From a virus: DNA of 19,578 nt. The DNA lies in the IMG/VR virus record IMGVR_UViG_3300047620_000017; one strand, 5' to 3'. The position numbers and the translations under genes were made by a program. Below the pieces are notes generated by a model that ran no database searches, was not told where the DNA came from, and saw nothing but the letters and a program-made list of their open reading frames with translations. Each line of letters starts with the position of its first letter. Within the stretch, counting starts at the first letter, position 1. Shown piece by piece: positions 19,271 through 19,578 of the stretch.

Positions 19271-19578
19271 ATGACACAGCAACCGCACAGTGTGGGCGTC
19301 GTCCCTGACATCAACACCTTGCCGATCCGCCTACGTGCCGCGCGCGAGCACGCGGGCCTGGATCAGGGCGAGCTTGCCGAGAGGGCCGGGGTCGCACGTG
19401 GCACTCTGGGCGCGGCAGAGCGAGGCCAGCGGACGCCGAACAACGCGACCTTGACGCTGATCGCGTGGGCGTGCGGGGTTGACGCTCATTGGCTGAGGAC
19501 GGGAAAGGCCCCGTCACCAGATGATGACGGGGCCGGTGGGCTCCCGCGGCTGGACTTGAACCAGCAACCGTTCGATTA
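19271..19578 (+). CDS. XRE/cI-type HTH repressor-like protein, open at the window end (121 aa if continued through the repeat into 128..185)
   Basis: LRAAREHAGLDQGELAERAGVARGTLGAAERGQRTPNNATLTLIAWACGVDAHWLRTG is a typical HTH_3/XRE domain. ATG 19271 is the first start after the in-frame TAG at 19259. There is no stop before 19578. Confidence 0.8.
   Translation, partial: MTQQPHSVGVVPDINTLPIRLRAAREHAGLDQGELAERAGVARGTLGAAERGQRTPNNATLTLIAWACGVDAHWLRTGKAPSPDDDGAGGLPRLDLNQQPFD
19452..19578. repeat. Terminal direct repeat, copy 2 (attR candidate or circular-assembly overlap); contains tRNA-like segment 19541..19578 and hairpin 19507..19534
   Basis: Identical to 1-127. Lies entirely inside the repressor-like ORF, codons about 61-103. 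Confidence 0.97.

Overview
High-GC (actinobacterial-type) window holding essentially one complete, very small (~19.45 kb unique) temperate siphovirus-like genome, bounded by identical 127-bp direct repeats (1-127 = 19452-19578). Plus strand: a tyrosine integrase at the left end and, at the right end, an XRE-type repressor-like gene that runs into the repeat. The rest is one almost gap-free minus-strand array. It starts with a Cro/excisionase-like HTH gene divergent from the repressor. An early block of about 12 small genes follows, half with Cys/His zinc-ribbon signatures and none a recognisable replication gene, split by a ~440-bp non-coding gap. Then come HNH endonuclease, terminase, portal, a fused prohead protease-major capsid gene, head-tail connector genes, a tail tube candidate, chaperone, tape measure, two minor tail proteins (one with an SGNH esterase module), amidase endolysin and two membrane (holin-like) proteins. 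Most notable: a tRNA 3'-half mimic (att core candidate) lies inside the 3' part of the repressor-like gene, directly upstream of int, and both proteins end in Ala-rich tails. This matches the integration-dependent immunity architecture known from some mycobacteriophages. Other points: a duplicated N-terminal module fused to the large terminase, a strong antisense hairpin with GGATCCG repeats at the terminase 5' end, an interrupted small ORF before the endolysin, and a G11 tract. All family calls rest on motif recognition by eye; no searches were run.
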